From positions 76,944,001 through 77,008,000 of the forward strand of contig CM052817.1 in the NCBI GenBank assembly GCA_028534125.1: a stretch of DNA of 64,000 nt, given 5' to 3'. A program made the position numbers and the translations under genes. Below the pieces are notes generated by a model, which saw only the letters and a program-made list of their open reading frames with translations, ran no database searches and had not been told where the DNA came from. This document shows positions 1 through 12,660 of the stretch, in pieces (the first letter of the stretch is position 1; each line of letters begins with the position of its first letter). This DNA comes from Lama glama (taxonomy: Eukaryota).

Positions 1-2029
1 TTAATTCTGTCAGGTTTTTTTTGGTTAAATTAAACACCTTCAGGGAAGTTTAACTTCATCTCCTCTCTATATCTTCATTATGCTGTGGAGGCAGTGCTTT
101 AAAACTAAGAAGCAAAATGTTTTCTGCTAGGAAAAAAAATGTTTTCATTGCAAAATTGAATATAACTTTTGTACAACGTTGCTGCTTAAATAAGGATTTC
201 TCTTAATTAATCATTTTTAAATCCATCATAAGCTGTAACTGTATTCATTATCCTGTCACTTTGTAAGTCTAACAGAACAAGAACAGCTGTTGTCTAGTTT
301 ATAAATAACGGCACCATGGTCTTTCAATATCAGAACAGCACACCCAAGGTACACAGCGCAGAATTCCCTGGAAATTGGTGGTCTGAGAGCTGGAGACACT
401 TTTGTGCATGTAAACATTTGTTCAGCAGCCGAAGTAATAGCAATGCATTAAACCAATAGAATTACTTCTTCTGGCACCTAACAGAAATGTTAATTGATCA
501 TCAATCATTAGCTTGTAATAAAAGGGCTGAACTTGCAGTTCTGAGTGTATAGTCAGAAAAATTAAGTGAGACAGAAATGTTATAAAAAAGACAAATGTTC
601 CAAGCTAAATTGCTTTAAATTACATTGACCTCATCCCTGTACCTTTGAAACCTGTCCCTAATGGAGAGCAATTGATTTACCCTTCCAGCTTTTTCCTGTA
701 AGGCCTATCAGATCCCAAATTCAAACGGGCTCTTTGCCAAATTATTCTGCAATTGAGTTTTCCTTTGAGATTCTTAAATGATGACTAAGGCACAAGCCAG
801 GTAGAAAAATGGTACTCAATGAATTTAAGCTTTAAAAATGAAAGTGACAGCTTTTTTCTCCCATTGGACAAGGTGATAAAATTAATGGAAGTAATTTTTA
901 GCATAAAACAGTTATAACAGCACAAAAATATGAAGACTATTAGCACCAAAGTGAGCTGTGAATGGGACCACCATGAAAAAATTTCAAATGTCTCAGCTAC
1001 ATCTAGGATAAAATGATCAAGTTCCTGGAAACTAAGGAGAATTTGTGACGAAGATTTTTAGAGAAAGTTATGCTGTGCAGGGAGTGTGATCCCCACCCCA
1101 GGGGAGAGCAGAGGGTGAGTGACAGCCCTGCTGCTCATCTCGGCTCCTATGTGAGGGTCCCTGGGACCATCAGAGAGCCTGGCATGTGTTTCCTGCAGGA
1201 GAGGACCATGTTAGGCTGGTGTCTGCCTCGTGACTCAGAAAATCAAAGCATGAGAAAGAGACTGGCTAAAATAGTCTGCGTCAGAAGAGGAGGGGGCCAT
1301 ATCTAAGAAGTATGTGCCCTCTTTTCCAAAGTCAGATCAAAGGCCCCAACATCTCAGGGCCCAGATGTGGAATTCTTAGTAGGAATGTTATCCAGGAATC
1401 CTTCTAAATGGGCTCCTAACAAAGGACTGAGGGATGCAGTAACTTTGTAAAGGAAATTGCATGGGTGGGGCCTAGAAGGAGTATCTCCAAAGATCTCAGA
1501 TGGCTTTAAACATATGCCATCTGATGACATTATCAATCACGTAGTAATTCCCTGCATCCCTCTCCCTGCTTCATCTCCACGTCCCAAACACTAAGGAATC
1601 CAAAACCTCAGCTAGCAAGAATAAAATCACCCACTGGAGAAGGATAAATCAGCCTCTCTTCCCAGCCTCTCTTGCAGATTCTTTTCTGCACCAGGTCACA
1701 GCTGAGAGAGAGGAGAAGATTTAATATGGCAACAAGTTTGGAGTTTTGATTATCTTCTGGACCAGGAGATTTAAACTACTAAATCAGGACCGTGTTTAGC
1801 AACTTAAAGCTACATGAGAGCTTTCTGTTCGCCTAAGAAGCTAAGGAGACCACGCTGCCTGCACCAGCCTTCATCCAAAGATAAGAGAAAACTACCCACC
1901 CTGAATAAATGTTAAAGGGACATGTAAAACAAAGTGATGATATCACTTCAGTGATTATATCCCATGACTCTGAAGTGTTTAATGTATGCATTACACAAGA
2001 GTTTTAAGACTGCAGATATTATATTTAGA

Positions 2030-2960
2030 GTTGCTCACCTTTGATGAGGTATTTTCAGTGGAATGGTGGGAACAAAAGCCGGATTACCAAGAACTAAAAT
2101 GTGAACAGAAATGAGGAGTAAAGACAGCACCTAAATACTGCTCCTTTGAAGACCTTGGCAAGGAAGAACAGTGGCTGGAAAAGAAAAAAAGCTCAAGAGA
2201 GCCCACAATGGGAGAGACAAACATGTTTTCAGGTATTAGGGAGGGACCAGTCCAGAAGATCAAAAATAGCGGAAAACAGAAATAAGTGGGAATGAGATTT
2301 CTCTGGAGTTGAAAGTAGATGGGGTAAAATGCGCTTAAGGATGTATTAGTCTTGAATACAAAACAGAACACCTCTGCCTGACACTGAAGGTGTCAAGGGT
2401 ACTTTTTAAAAGACAAATGCATATGGAGAGGGGAGTTGAAAGAGTTGCTGCCTAATGACCATTACTCCCCGTTAATCATGGGATGATGAACTAGGGAAAT
2501 TAGGGAGAGTGGAAGATGAGTAAAGGCCTCAAGAGAAGAATGAGAGTTTGAAACAGCTGCTGAAGGGAACTGAAGAGTGACGAGATAGAGAATGAAGAAA
2601 AAGACTATCCCACAGTGCAGAGGATTCCACTGAAACTGGGGACCATGTGCTGCTGTGACCTGAAGAGCTCCCCTTGTACATTTTCCCTCTAGCTGTGCTG
2701 AACAGTTCAGACGTGGGAGTGAAGAAATTGAATGGAAAGTTGATCCAAAGTCTCAGACCTATAGAACACTGAAAGCAGAAAGATGCTTTGGGAATCTGAG
2801 GGTGAAAGTGGGGGAAGAGTTCAAACTGTGGACCATACAATCTTGCCTGGTGGAGGTAGTGATCAGATGAACATTAACAGATGCAGAAAAAATGAGGAGA
2901 TTGGAGACTAGAGGTGTAGGTAAGGTTGATAAGCTGCTGGAAGGAAGCGATAAGTGAGAA
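2030..2960 (-). mobile_element. Degraded L2 LINE fragment (approximate bounds)
   Basis: Purine-rich stretch resembling antisense L2 (e.g. TTTCAGTGGAATGGTGGGAACAAAAGCCGGATT); family recognised by recall. Confidence 0.5.
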
Positions 2961-2989
2961 ATTATGTTCCTTCAAAGCCACAGTAACAT

Positions 2990-3012
2990 AACAACAACAA
3001 CAACAACAACAA
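2990..3012. repeat. (AAC)7 microsatellite
   Basis: Directly visible tandem AAC units. Confidence 0.95.
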
Positions 3013-3013
3013 A

Positions 3014-3205
3014 TAGCTGTTACTTATTAAGCAATTACTGTGTGCCAAGCAGCACTTTAAATGTTTTTATTATGCTTAATCATCACGAGAGCCCTATGAG
3101 GTGGTTACTATTATTACACCCCTTTTTTTCTTTTCTGTAAGTAAATTAAAGTACTGAGAGTTTAAATAACTTGCTAAGATCAAAGAGCCTACTTTCTTAA
3201 CCACC
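3014..3205 (-). mobile_element. MIR SINE
   Basis: Antisense MIR-type core: TACTGTGTGCCAAGC...CCCTATGAGGTGGTTACTATTATT...TAACTTGCTAAGATCA. Confidence 0.65.
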
Positions 3206-3595
3206 ATGCAAAGTCAAAGACCTAAACATACTGTTTATTTACAAAAGAAGGAGGTTTCACAGGAAACAGAAGAAAGTGGGCGGTAAAAAAATAAGTGGAG
3301 ACTGGAGAAGGCAGAGTTCAGGGAGAAGAGTACAGGGCAAATGGGGACAAAGTTGGAAGAGACAAAAATAAATCACTGAGGAGGCACACGATTTGAATGA
3401 TGCTAAAGGATTACCAGAATGAATGTAAGGTTATTGGTGCCGACTCAAGGCATATACTAGATCTCATGGGCAGTTCACAGAATAAAGCTGGAAAGGCCCA
3501 ACACCAGCCTCCAAGGACCTTACAATCTACACACAAATAAAAGTAGTTTTAAAATACATAATACAAGCTAGAGTGAAAAAAAAGTCAGAAATGAA

Positions 3596-3718
3596 GAGGA
3601 GAGTATAGCTCGGTGGTAGAATATGTGCTTCAGCATGCACTAGGTCCTGGGTTCAACCCCCATGATCCCCCCATTAAAGAAAGAAATAAACCTAATTACC
3701 TCCCCCCAACAAAAAAAA
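3596..3718 (+). mobile_element. Camelid tRNA-derived SINE (vic-1-like)
   Basis: A-box-like TATAGCTCGGTGG and B-box-like GGTTCAACCC, followed by AAATAAACCTAATTACCTCCCCCC and an A tail; matches recalled vic-1 consensus. Confidence 0.8.
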
Positions 3719-4819
3719 TTTTTTAATGTTTTTAATATCAAAAAGACTAAAATTGGGGGGCTTAATTTTTTAAAAGATTTGCATCTGCCTAGAGAGATCT
3801 GAAAATGTAGATGTAACACTCTGGATTCATAGGATTGGCATAAGTAGAAACATAAGGCAGTGTATTCTGGAGAGAAGACTCTGCACAAACATCGCGTGGA
3901 GGTAGGTGTGTCCAGGCGACACTGGGGAGCAGTAAGCAAGGCAAGCTGACTGGTACCCTGAGCACAGGTAAGATTGGAAAGGTATCCTGGGATCGTGGTG
4001 TAATTTAGGATGACATCCTGAATTTTAGTTAATTCAGAAGAGTTAATAGCTCTTAAGACTACAATTTTAATTTTAGTTATTCAGAGTTATTAGAGGTTTG
4101 AACTGGGAAATTACAGAATTGGAGGCTCAGGCCCAGTGTCTCATTAGAATAACCTTCTCCTCAGAATGTTTTACTTATTTTCCAGAGACATGCTCGTGTA
4201 ATGAAGTAGCATCTTGACAGTGGTGAAACTCATATAGTTTTCATGGTAATAAAAATGAAACTTCTACAGTTTGATCACAAGCCCATAAAAATAAACTGTT
4301 TTCCTTATTTTTTCCCCTAAAGAGGTTAACTACAGTATGCTTGTCTTCTTCCACAGGACCTTTTAAATGCTATGAAATAAAGTAAAAATGAAACTGAAAA
4401 GCATTCTTTTACATAGAGAAGTTGTAAGATAATATGCATCTGAGAGATGCATGTGGAAATGAAGACGAAATTTGCTTGGTTAAAAAATAATAATAATAAA
4501 CAGGATTGAAGGGGATTTGGGAACTAATTGTACATGTCTGTATGGACCAGTTTTTTGGGGATTTTTTTTTAAGCAATCTTCTGTGCAACTCCACACACTT
4601 GTCAGCCAACCAGAAGCCCTCCAAAGTCACAGCCAAGGGCACTTACTAAGTTGTTCTTTGTGCCAGGGTTAGCTCCAAGTCTAAAACATCAAAATGTATT
4701 TATAAACTTCACAAGACATGTTTGTTTGTAAAATGTGTTCAAAAAGACCACTACAGAAAATGATGGCTTTTGGTGAACAAAATCCTTTCAATGAGGATAA
4801 ACGATGGGTCTGGCCCATT

Positions 4820-4998
4820 TTCTTCAAGTGGTATTCCAATGGCTCCTGCATCAGGAAACGCAGGGATGATTCTCTAAAATGCAGGTATCAGGGCACCCTC
4901 CAGGCCTAGAAAAGCAGAATCTCTGAGGATAAGGCCCAGTGAACTTTTATAAACTTTCTAGGTGATCTGTATATATGCTAAGGCTTTTGAATCTTTGG
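4820..4998. mobile_element. MER5-like hAT (Charlie) non-autonomous DNA transposon
   Basis: CAGAATCTCTGAGGATAAGGCCCAG...AGGTGATCTGTATATATGCTAAGG motifs typical of MER5A/B. Confidence 0.55.
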
Positions 4999-6086
4999 TC
5001 ACCTGCAAGGATACCAAAACAAAACAAAACTGGTTGGCTGAAGGACAGAGGTAGGAGGCAAATTTTTTTACTGTAAACTCATTTGTGCCTTTTGAATTCT
5101 GAATTTTTCACAAACAAGACTTAAAAAGAGAGTCATGTGTATACTTTCACTGCCCCACCGTGAACCAGTCAGAGGAGCATGTGGCAAATAGGTTCAGAAA
5201 AATGTTTGTGGATTTGAACTGAACAACAGGGTCAGAAATGGCATAGTTTATAATAAATGTTGTAAGTAACATACTTTTTATACACCTTAACTTCTTCTCC
5301 CCTCCCCCTAAAAAACAGAATAATTACTTTTTGTTAAACTGATTTTGCACCAGGACCCATGTTTTTGCTCCTTATTCTTCTCAGTAATGATTCATCTATC
5401 TCCGCTACCCGGAACTCACTAGATTCACGTGGCTGTGGCTGGAAAGTGTAGATAAAGCTTCCCATATCTTTTCTCAGCTACACTCTTACAATTGGTTTAC
5501 ATTTCTCATAAATGCCAGTATAGATGGTATTTGATACTTACCTTTTACCTTTTACAGAAAAAAAAATCACAAATAAGTATCTTGTTATAAAAATCTATGT
5601 CTATCAAGCTAGAAAGATTTTTTTTTAACTGCTAATCAGATAAACTTTATGACTTTAGCAGTTTCCAACAATTTGAGTTTTAACTAGCTGGGTAGTGTCT
5701 TGGATAACAACTAATTATTTGTAGGGTGCTTACAGCAAAACCTGTCATGGAAATGCAATTTACCTTTTTTTTTGACATTTTCCTTCTCATGAATTCCATA
5801 TGTATAGTAAAGATAACTTATTCTGATACAGCCAATCCTTTTTTAAACAAAACAAACAAAACCCCTAAGTTCTGAAACACTCTTAAAATTATAAAGGCAT
5901 CTTTCTTTAGAGAAAGACTAATATCTACTTTCCCCGAAATGGCAACCTTTTCAGGCTGCTTCTTTGTTTCTTTCTATTCTGTGCAGAAATTGTTGTCAGG
6001 TGAGGAACTGCCAAGAAGTAAAGTGACACTACAGTTGTTGTCCGTCAGAACAGAAATAAGAAGAAATACTGTTTGGAAAGCAAGCT

Positions 6087-6408
6087 AATTTTTTTTGAAT
6101 TATAGTTTACAGTATTGTGTCCATTTCTGGAGTACAGCATAATAGTCTAATCATACATATACATACATATATTTGTTTCATATTCTTTTTCACTATGGAT
6201 TACTATAAGATATCGAATATAGTTCCCTGTGCTATACAGAAGAAACTTGTTTATCTGTTTTATATATAGTAGTTAATATTTGCAAATTTCGAACTCCAAA
6301 TTTATCCCTTCCCACTCCCTCTTCCCTCTAGTAACCATAAGTTTGTTTTCTATATCTGTGAGTCTGTTTCTGGTTTGTAAATAAGTACATTTGTGTCATT
6401 TTTTTTTT
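6087..6408 (-). mobile_element. L1 3'-end fragment
   Basis: Poly-T then antisense L1 3'UTR (ATATAGTTCCCTGTGCTATACAG, GTAACCATAAGTTTGTTTTCT); homologous to other in-window L1 tails. Confidence 0.85.
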
Positions 6409-8159
6409 ACCAAAACCTTCTCATTGCATCTGTTCCTACCTGTCCTATTATTTGTTGCGCATACCTTTCTAACTGAAAAATAATAAAGAAAACTTGGAGA
6501 GGTTATTAGTTCAGCAAAACATACATACAATAAATATTCCATGGGTAAAGAGAAAACTGTGATTCACCCTGCAAAAATAAGTTTAAAAAGAAACTGAAGT
6601 GTTTTATATCCTGACCAATTATACTCCTCTTACAGCCTTGTATTTCTTTAAGAGCACAAAGCAAATCCCAAGTTTGAGTCCAAAGTCTAAAAGTGTCGCA
6701 AGGTGGCACGCATTACAAAACCATCACTTTGAAACATTCCTTTTGCTCATGGTGCACTTTGCATTATGTTAAGGTAGATATATAAAAATAGAATTGAAAA
6801 CCTAGGAAAGTTTTCCTCATGGTTGGGGGTTAAGTAGCTTTTCTTTTATAAGATTAAATTCAACACCTTATAAGTATTAAGCAGAAGCAATGTCATTAGC
6901 TAGCTTATAACTCACTTTGGGTCACTTCTGTTTTTACCAGAGAAAGTAGCGTTGTTTACTTTCTAAACTCATAGAAGTAAAAAAGTGGCACTCTGCTTTA
7001 AATGTCAGAGCATAAAATGCTTTCCAAAGTTGAAAAGTAAATTCAAAGGGAGATCAAACATATTAGTATCAGAAAGTCACACAGTATCACTAAATTTTTC
7101 TTTGTCTGTCCAATACAGATATTATTCAAGTGAAATATAGACATGGATTTTTTGACAAATCTTTCAAAAAATAAAGCAAGAAATTTGAACTACTGGCTAA
7201 CCAGATTAACATATACTTTTCCTTACGTTATGAAAAAAATGTTAATAGAAAGGAAACTTGAAGTATCATTTTGTCATTGTTATTGGGCGCCATTAAAAAA
7301 TGTGGCATATAAAACAAATGATGAAAGACTGCCTCTAACAGACATTAAAAAAAGAACTTCCAAATTTAAGTATGATTCTCTTAAGTCTCTCAATAGACTA
7401 CTGTTTTGATAAATTTTGGAGGAAAAAAGGAGGTGGGGAGGGTCAAACAATTGAAGCTACTATAAAAAAATAACCAGAAGATTAAATTTTAAAAGATTAA
7501 TTTTTCACAAATACCCCAAAAGTCTTACTTATCAATTCCATGACTGCATCAGTCTGTTGGTAGCTATTTAAAATCACCCTCAAAGTATTTTGTCTGTGAA
7601 AGTGCTAAGATTTAAAATATATGCAGGCAGAGTGAATAGAAACACAATTAAATACCCTTGATCACACTGAAGGTTTTCATGTGAAAGTCTGCAGGATTTG
7701 TTCTATAGAATATAGGGTATCATTGTTTCCTCTTATTCATAGTTGTAATTATATTTTTTTCTGATTCATTATATCAGACCTTTCTCTCATCTCTGCCACT
7801 TTACCTCAATATATTTTCTTGAATTTTTTTTACAGTCTCTTAATGAATGAGTCTATTATATTATTATGATGATTATAATAACCATTATTACTATTCACTC
7901 ATATGGCTATATATTTTAGGAAAGTATTATTACCACATGAATTATTTTTATGATCTTTTTGTGGCAGCATAAATGCCACAGTGGTTTTCATTGTCATTGA
8001 AAATCTTATACAGAATTATTTCCACTTGTTAACACTAACCAACAAAAACTATTTGCATTCATTTAAAATTAGTAGCTTTAAAAATTTCTGTTCTACACAT
8101 TGCCAATTTAATCAAACCTACAGAATTCAAATTTATTTTATTATAAGAAGTTCCCCATG

Positions 8160-8900
8160 ACCACCTAACACTGTTGGTGAGAATCTAAATTGGTGCAGCC
8201 ATTATGTAACACAGTATGGAGGTTCCTTGAAAAACTAAAAACAGAGTTACCATATGATCCATCAATCCCACTCCTGGGCATATATTCAGAGAAAACTCTA
8301 ACTTGAAAAGATACATGCACCTGTTTACAATAAGATACACAGCAGCCCTGTTTACAATAACCAAGACATGGAAGCAACCTAAACGTCCATTGACAGATGA
8401 CTGGATAAAGAAGATGTAGTACATATATCCAATGGAATACTACTCAGCCACAAAAAAGAATGAAATGTCATTCGCAGTAACATGGATGGACCTAGAGATT
8501 ATCATAGTAAGTGAAGTAAGTCAGACAAAGACAAATACCATATGATATCATTTATACATGGAATCTAAAATATGATACAAGTGGACTTATTTCCAAAACA
8601 GAAGTAGACTCACAGACATAGAAAACAAACATGGTTACAAAAGGGGAAAGGGGGTAAGTAAGAGAGGAATAAATTAGGAGTTTGGGATTAGCAGATACAA
8701 ACTACTATATATAAAATAAACAACAAGGTCCTACTGTATAGCACAGGGAACTATATCCAATATCCTGTAATAAACCATAATGGAAAAGAATATGAAATAA
8801 ATATACATATATATAACTGAATCACTTTGCTGTATACCACAAACTAGCACAACATTGTAAATCAACTATACTTCAATAAAAAAATTTTTTAATAAATAAA
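8160..8900 (+). mobile_element. 5'-truncated L1 (ORF2 end plus 3'UTR) with TSD
   Basis: L1 motifs (ACTGTTGGTGAGAAT, ATGGAATACTACTCAGCC, CTATACTTCAATAAA-tail); direct repeat AAGTTCCCCATG at 8148-8159 and 8901-8912. Confidence 0.92.
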
Positions 8901-9600
8901 AAGTTCCCCATGTTTGTTATAATTTTTTCCAATGCATGGATTCAATCTAGGACACCTGTTCTCATAGGAAAAGTTTATTTTATCTAGACGAGCATTGAAA
9001 ACTTTTCTTAAAGGAGGTAAAGGAGGCTTATTGGGAATAGTAGATGCAATACATATGTACAAGGGTTTCAGAGTGTCATTGATGGAAAACAGTTGAGAGT
9101 TATTTTAGTAGAAATTCAGTCACTAGTCTTTTGTCATTATGGCCTCTAATAAATACAAATCAGAGCATTTTCAATTAATGCTAATAACGACAATTCATTG
9201 ATTATTTATACCCCTTAACTCTACGTACTGCATTACAAACTAAATTAAGTTGATTGAAATTACAAAATCCCAGTCTCCTGGGATCCTACTGCCTTGGAAT
9301 TATGCATAGTTCACATATCATGAGGCATCAATCTAATTGCATCAACATGGGTATAAGGCAGTTTTTGTTATGAAATACATTAAAACTTCAGACAAGAAAT
9401 GCTCATTAGGTCTTGCTAATAACAAATCCTCCAGTGTGCATTAATATAGTGAGAATATTTGGGATATGTCCAAAATTCAAAAACATGTCATGATTCTAAA
9501 CCCTGTGCAAAGACTTAAGAAAAACTAACATTGCTATGATTGCACTGCCCCCTAGGGTTAAAATAATGTGTTTACACTGAAATTCATTTGCCTTTTTCAG

Positions 9601-9783
9601 ATCAGCATTTTCATGACCCATTTGTCCAACTATGGAAATGACCGACTGGGATTGTATACCTTTGTGAATCTGGCCAACTTCGTGCAGAGCTGGACCAACT
9701 TGCGACTTCAGACTCTGCCTCCAGTGCAGCTGGCTCACAAATATTTTGAGCTCTTTCCTGATCAAAAAGACCCTCTCTGGCAG
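9601..9783 (+). CDS. NDST3: NDST3 coding exon (about exon 7), 183 nt, [21 protein letters not shown]...KDPLWQ
   Basis: tttttcag acceptor, GTAGGA donor, phase 0/0; peptide matches the NDST deacetylase-domain motif [14 protein letters not shown]. Confidence 0.96.
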
Positions 9784-10469
9784 GTAGGATTGGGTCAATA
9801 ATTTCTATACTTAATTAATCCCACAGACATATCTTGGAGTTCTATGAGGTTATCCAAATATGAAAAGTGAAGGCATCTGGGAGGGGAAAATAATGTACAT
9901 TTTGAAAATGTTAGTAGATTTGAGAAACTTCATAGTGGGCCAAATTCTCTGTGTGCATGCCCATTAGAAATCATGGAATTCTGAAAGCTCAGTGAGAGAT
10001 TCAGTGGATGCAATGTCTTCAGTCAGGAGTGAGGAATCAGTTTGCAGATTGCAATAGGCTAAAACAGCAGAAGATGGTTTTGGAGTGTGTTAGGCAGGTT
10101 ACCAGCTGGTCAGCCTTGAGCATATTCCATACCTCCAATGACTAAATGACGTTAGAATGGTAGGGGAGATGAGTTCAGAACTGAAAACTGCCTCTGAACT
10201 AGAGGACACGTCAGCAGCTGCAGAATATAGGCAGCTTTCAAAAGTATTGGTCAGGAATTACTTTGGACATGGGGAAGACGCTTAGTGGCAAAAGCACTGA
10301 GCTTCTTAAGTGAAAATGTCACATAAATATGGCATATTCAGACTGTTCTAGGCATAACCCAGATTTCAAAACTTATACTCTCATGTGTCCTAGAATTGCA
10401 AAAACATACTTTGAGCTTAAACTGCCCACTCCTGGACCTGGAGAAAGTAATCATCTTAGCGCCTAACCA

Positions 10470-10690
10470 CATCATGCTTATTGTGTGTCAGACTGGGTTC
10501 TTTACATATGTTAATTCATTTAATCCCCCCATCTACCCTATATGGCAGGTATAGTTATTATCCCCATTTTACAGATGAAGAACCTGGGGTACAGAAAGAC
10601 TGAGACACTGAAGCAAGGTCACACAGCTACTATATGACAGAGTGGGAATGAGTTTCAGGCCACCTGGCTCCAAAGACTGTTACTGACAGA
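10470..10690 (-). mobile_element. MIR SINE
   Basis: TATCCCCATTTTACAGATGAAGAA...AAGGTCACACAGCTA is the antisense MIR core. Confidence 0.75.
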
Positions 10691-11641
10691 GCTGATGGAA
10701 TAATAATAACAATCTTCAGAAGTAGAAATCAGTAAATTCACAGATTGAACTTGCAGTAAGCTCAGCACTAACATTCTCTTCATTTAGTTTGACCTTGAGC
10801 TTATCACCTCCTGGACACAAACAGATAACCCCCAAAAGAAACATAACTACACATTTTTGTAGGTTAAAGTTGGTGATTACAGAATTATCATTGCATATTA
10901 TTTTGCAGTTAAGATTAAAAAAGACATATTTTTTATCTTAAACATTATGAAACATCACAAAATGTTAGCCCCTGGAAAGACATGCAACTTCCCTGCTAAT
11001 TTAATCCCTTATATTTAAACTGAAATCATTATTATTTTAGGTGAAACCACTTTTTTCCTAGAACAACAGTCAAAAAGAATACCCTCACTTTAGACTCATA
11101 CTAAATAAGCAAGTTTGTTTAACTACTCAAATTTACAGTAGTAATTGAATAGAAATAGAGTGTTGTCCTATTTGCCTATTCCTGAAACAGTTTTAAGGGT
11201 GCCGTTAATTCTTTACATAATATGTACGCTGTAGTTAAAGTAAAGGACGTAAAGGACGTTCTAGATACATCTTGCACAGTAAGTTTGGTTTAACTACCAT
11301 AGACCAAAAGCAGATTCCCTAACATAGTAATTCACTCTCATTTTACCCTTTTGTTCTAATTTAGTGCTTTTTGGCATCAGAGTCTGTAATGTTATAGTTT
11401 TACACATACATTTACTGATCTTTGAAGGCAGCTGAAAGGAATCTACTATCTCTTTAAATAGTATTATTACTGTGAGATCCATATCCCTTTGGAGCACAGC
11501 AGGAAAGCTCAAACAGAGTTACTTAGAATAAAAATCTGACACCTTATATTTCACTTACTTACTGAATGCTGAGAGTGCATCTTCTTTTATGTTAGCGGGA
11601 AGCACAGTCTCTGCCCAACGCTCACTGTTTTAAAACAGATA

Positions 11642-11642
<1 letters not shown>

Positions 11643-11674
<32 letters not shown>
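11643..11674. repeat. (CA)16 microsatellite
   Basis: Directly visible. Confidence 0.97.
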
Positions 11675-11678
<4 letters not shown>

Positions 11679-11872
11679 TAAGACACAGACATGCCAACTG
11701 CAGAAATATATTAAACCCTCAGTGCTGTGAGGCTGTTAACCCATAATGGAAATGTCACCCCTCCCCCACTGCCTCAGTAGACACTCAGCTTCAGGATGGA
11801 AAAGAGTTACCTGAAATCTTCCATGAAGCCACTTCAAGGCTTGCATTTAAAAGAAGGAGCCATTGTATAAAT

Positions 11873-11992
11873 ATTTATACAATGGAATACTACTCAGCCA
11901 TAAAAACCGACAACATAATGCCATTTGCAGCAACATGGATGCTCCTAGAGAATGTCATTCTAAGTGAAGTAAGCCAGAAAGAGAAAAAAAAA
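11873..11992 (+). mobile_element. Young L1 fragment (ORF2 C-terminus) running into gap
   Basis: Encodes MEYYSAIK...MPFAATWMLLENVILSEVSQ, the recognisable L1 ORF2p C-terminus. Confidence 0.9.
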
Positions 11993-12492
11993 NNNNNNNN
12001 NNNNNNNNNNNNNNNNNNNNNNNNNNNNNNNNNNNNNNNNNNNNNNNNNNNNNNNNNNNNNNNNNNNNNNNNNNNNNNNNNNNNNNNNNNNNNNNNNNNN
12101 NNNNNNNNNNNNNNNNNNNNNNNNNNNNNNNNNNNNNNNNNNNNNNNNNNNNNNNNNNNNNNNNNNNNNNNNNNNNNNNNNNNNNNNNNNNNNNNNNNNN
12201 NNNNNNNNNNNNNNNNNNNNNNNNNNNNNNNNNNNNNNNNNNNNNNNNNNNNNNNNNNNNNNNNNNNNNNNNNNNNNNNNNNNNNNNNNNNNNNNNNNNN
12301 NNNNNNNNNNNNNNNNNNNNNNNNNNNNNNNNNNNNNNNNNNNNNNNNNNNNNNNNNNNNNNNNNNNNNNNNNNNNNNNNNNNNNNNNNNNNNNNNNNNN
12401 NNNNNNNNNNNNNNNNNNNNNNNNNNNNNNNNNNNNNNNNNNNNNNNNNNNNNNNNNNNNNNNNNNNNNNNNNNNNNNNNNNNNNNNNNNNN
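11993..12492. other. Assembly gap 1 (500 N)
   Basis: Run of N. Confidence 1.
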
Positions 12493-12563
12493 AGAAGATG
12501 AAACACTCTAGTACACAATGGGCACTCACAAAAAATACATCTCTGCATTCTTCTCCTGTTTAG

Positions 12564-12660
12564 AATCCCTGTGATGACAAACGCCACAGAGACATTTGGT
12601 CTAAAGAAAAAACCTGCGATCGCTTACCAAAATTCTTGGTAATAGGACCCCAGAAAACTG
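12564..12660 (+). CDS. NDST3: NDST3 coding exon (about exon 8), 97 nt, [32 protein letters not shown](G)
   Basis: ctcctgtttag acceptor, GTGAGA donor; start of the sulfotransferase 5'-phosphosulfate-binding loop GPQKTG. Confidence 0.96.

Noticed and set aside
1000..1995. Possible ancient LTR containing the 78-aa ORF at 1070-1306
   Set aside because: Looks repeat-derived but I cannot name the family reliably; the ORF has no recognisable domain.
3596..3670. tRNA gene
   Set aside because: tRNA-like head of a SINE with degenerate stems and a SINE tail.
11240..11259. Tandem GTAAAGGAC x2 and similar short duplications (about 27073, 43237, 42606)
   Set aside because: Ordinary slippage duplications; no array or spacer structure, so nothing CRISPR-like.
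11882..12587. Long ORFs spanning gap 1 (likewise those over gaps 2 and 3)
   Set aside because: Open only because N codons contain no stops.
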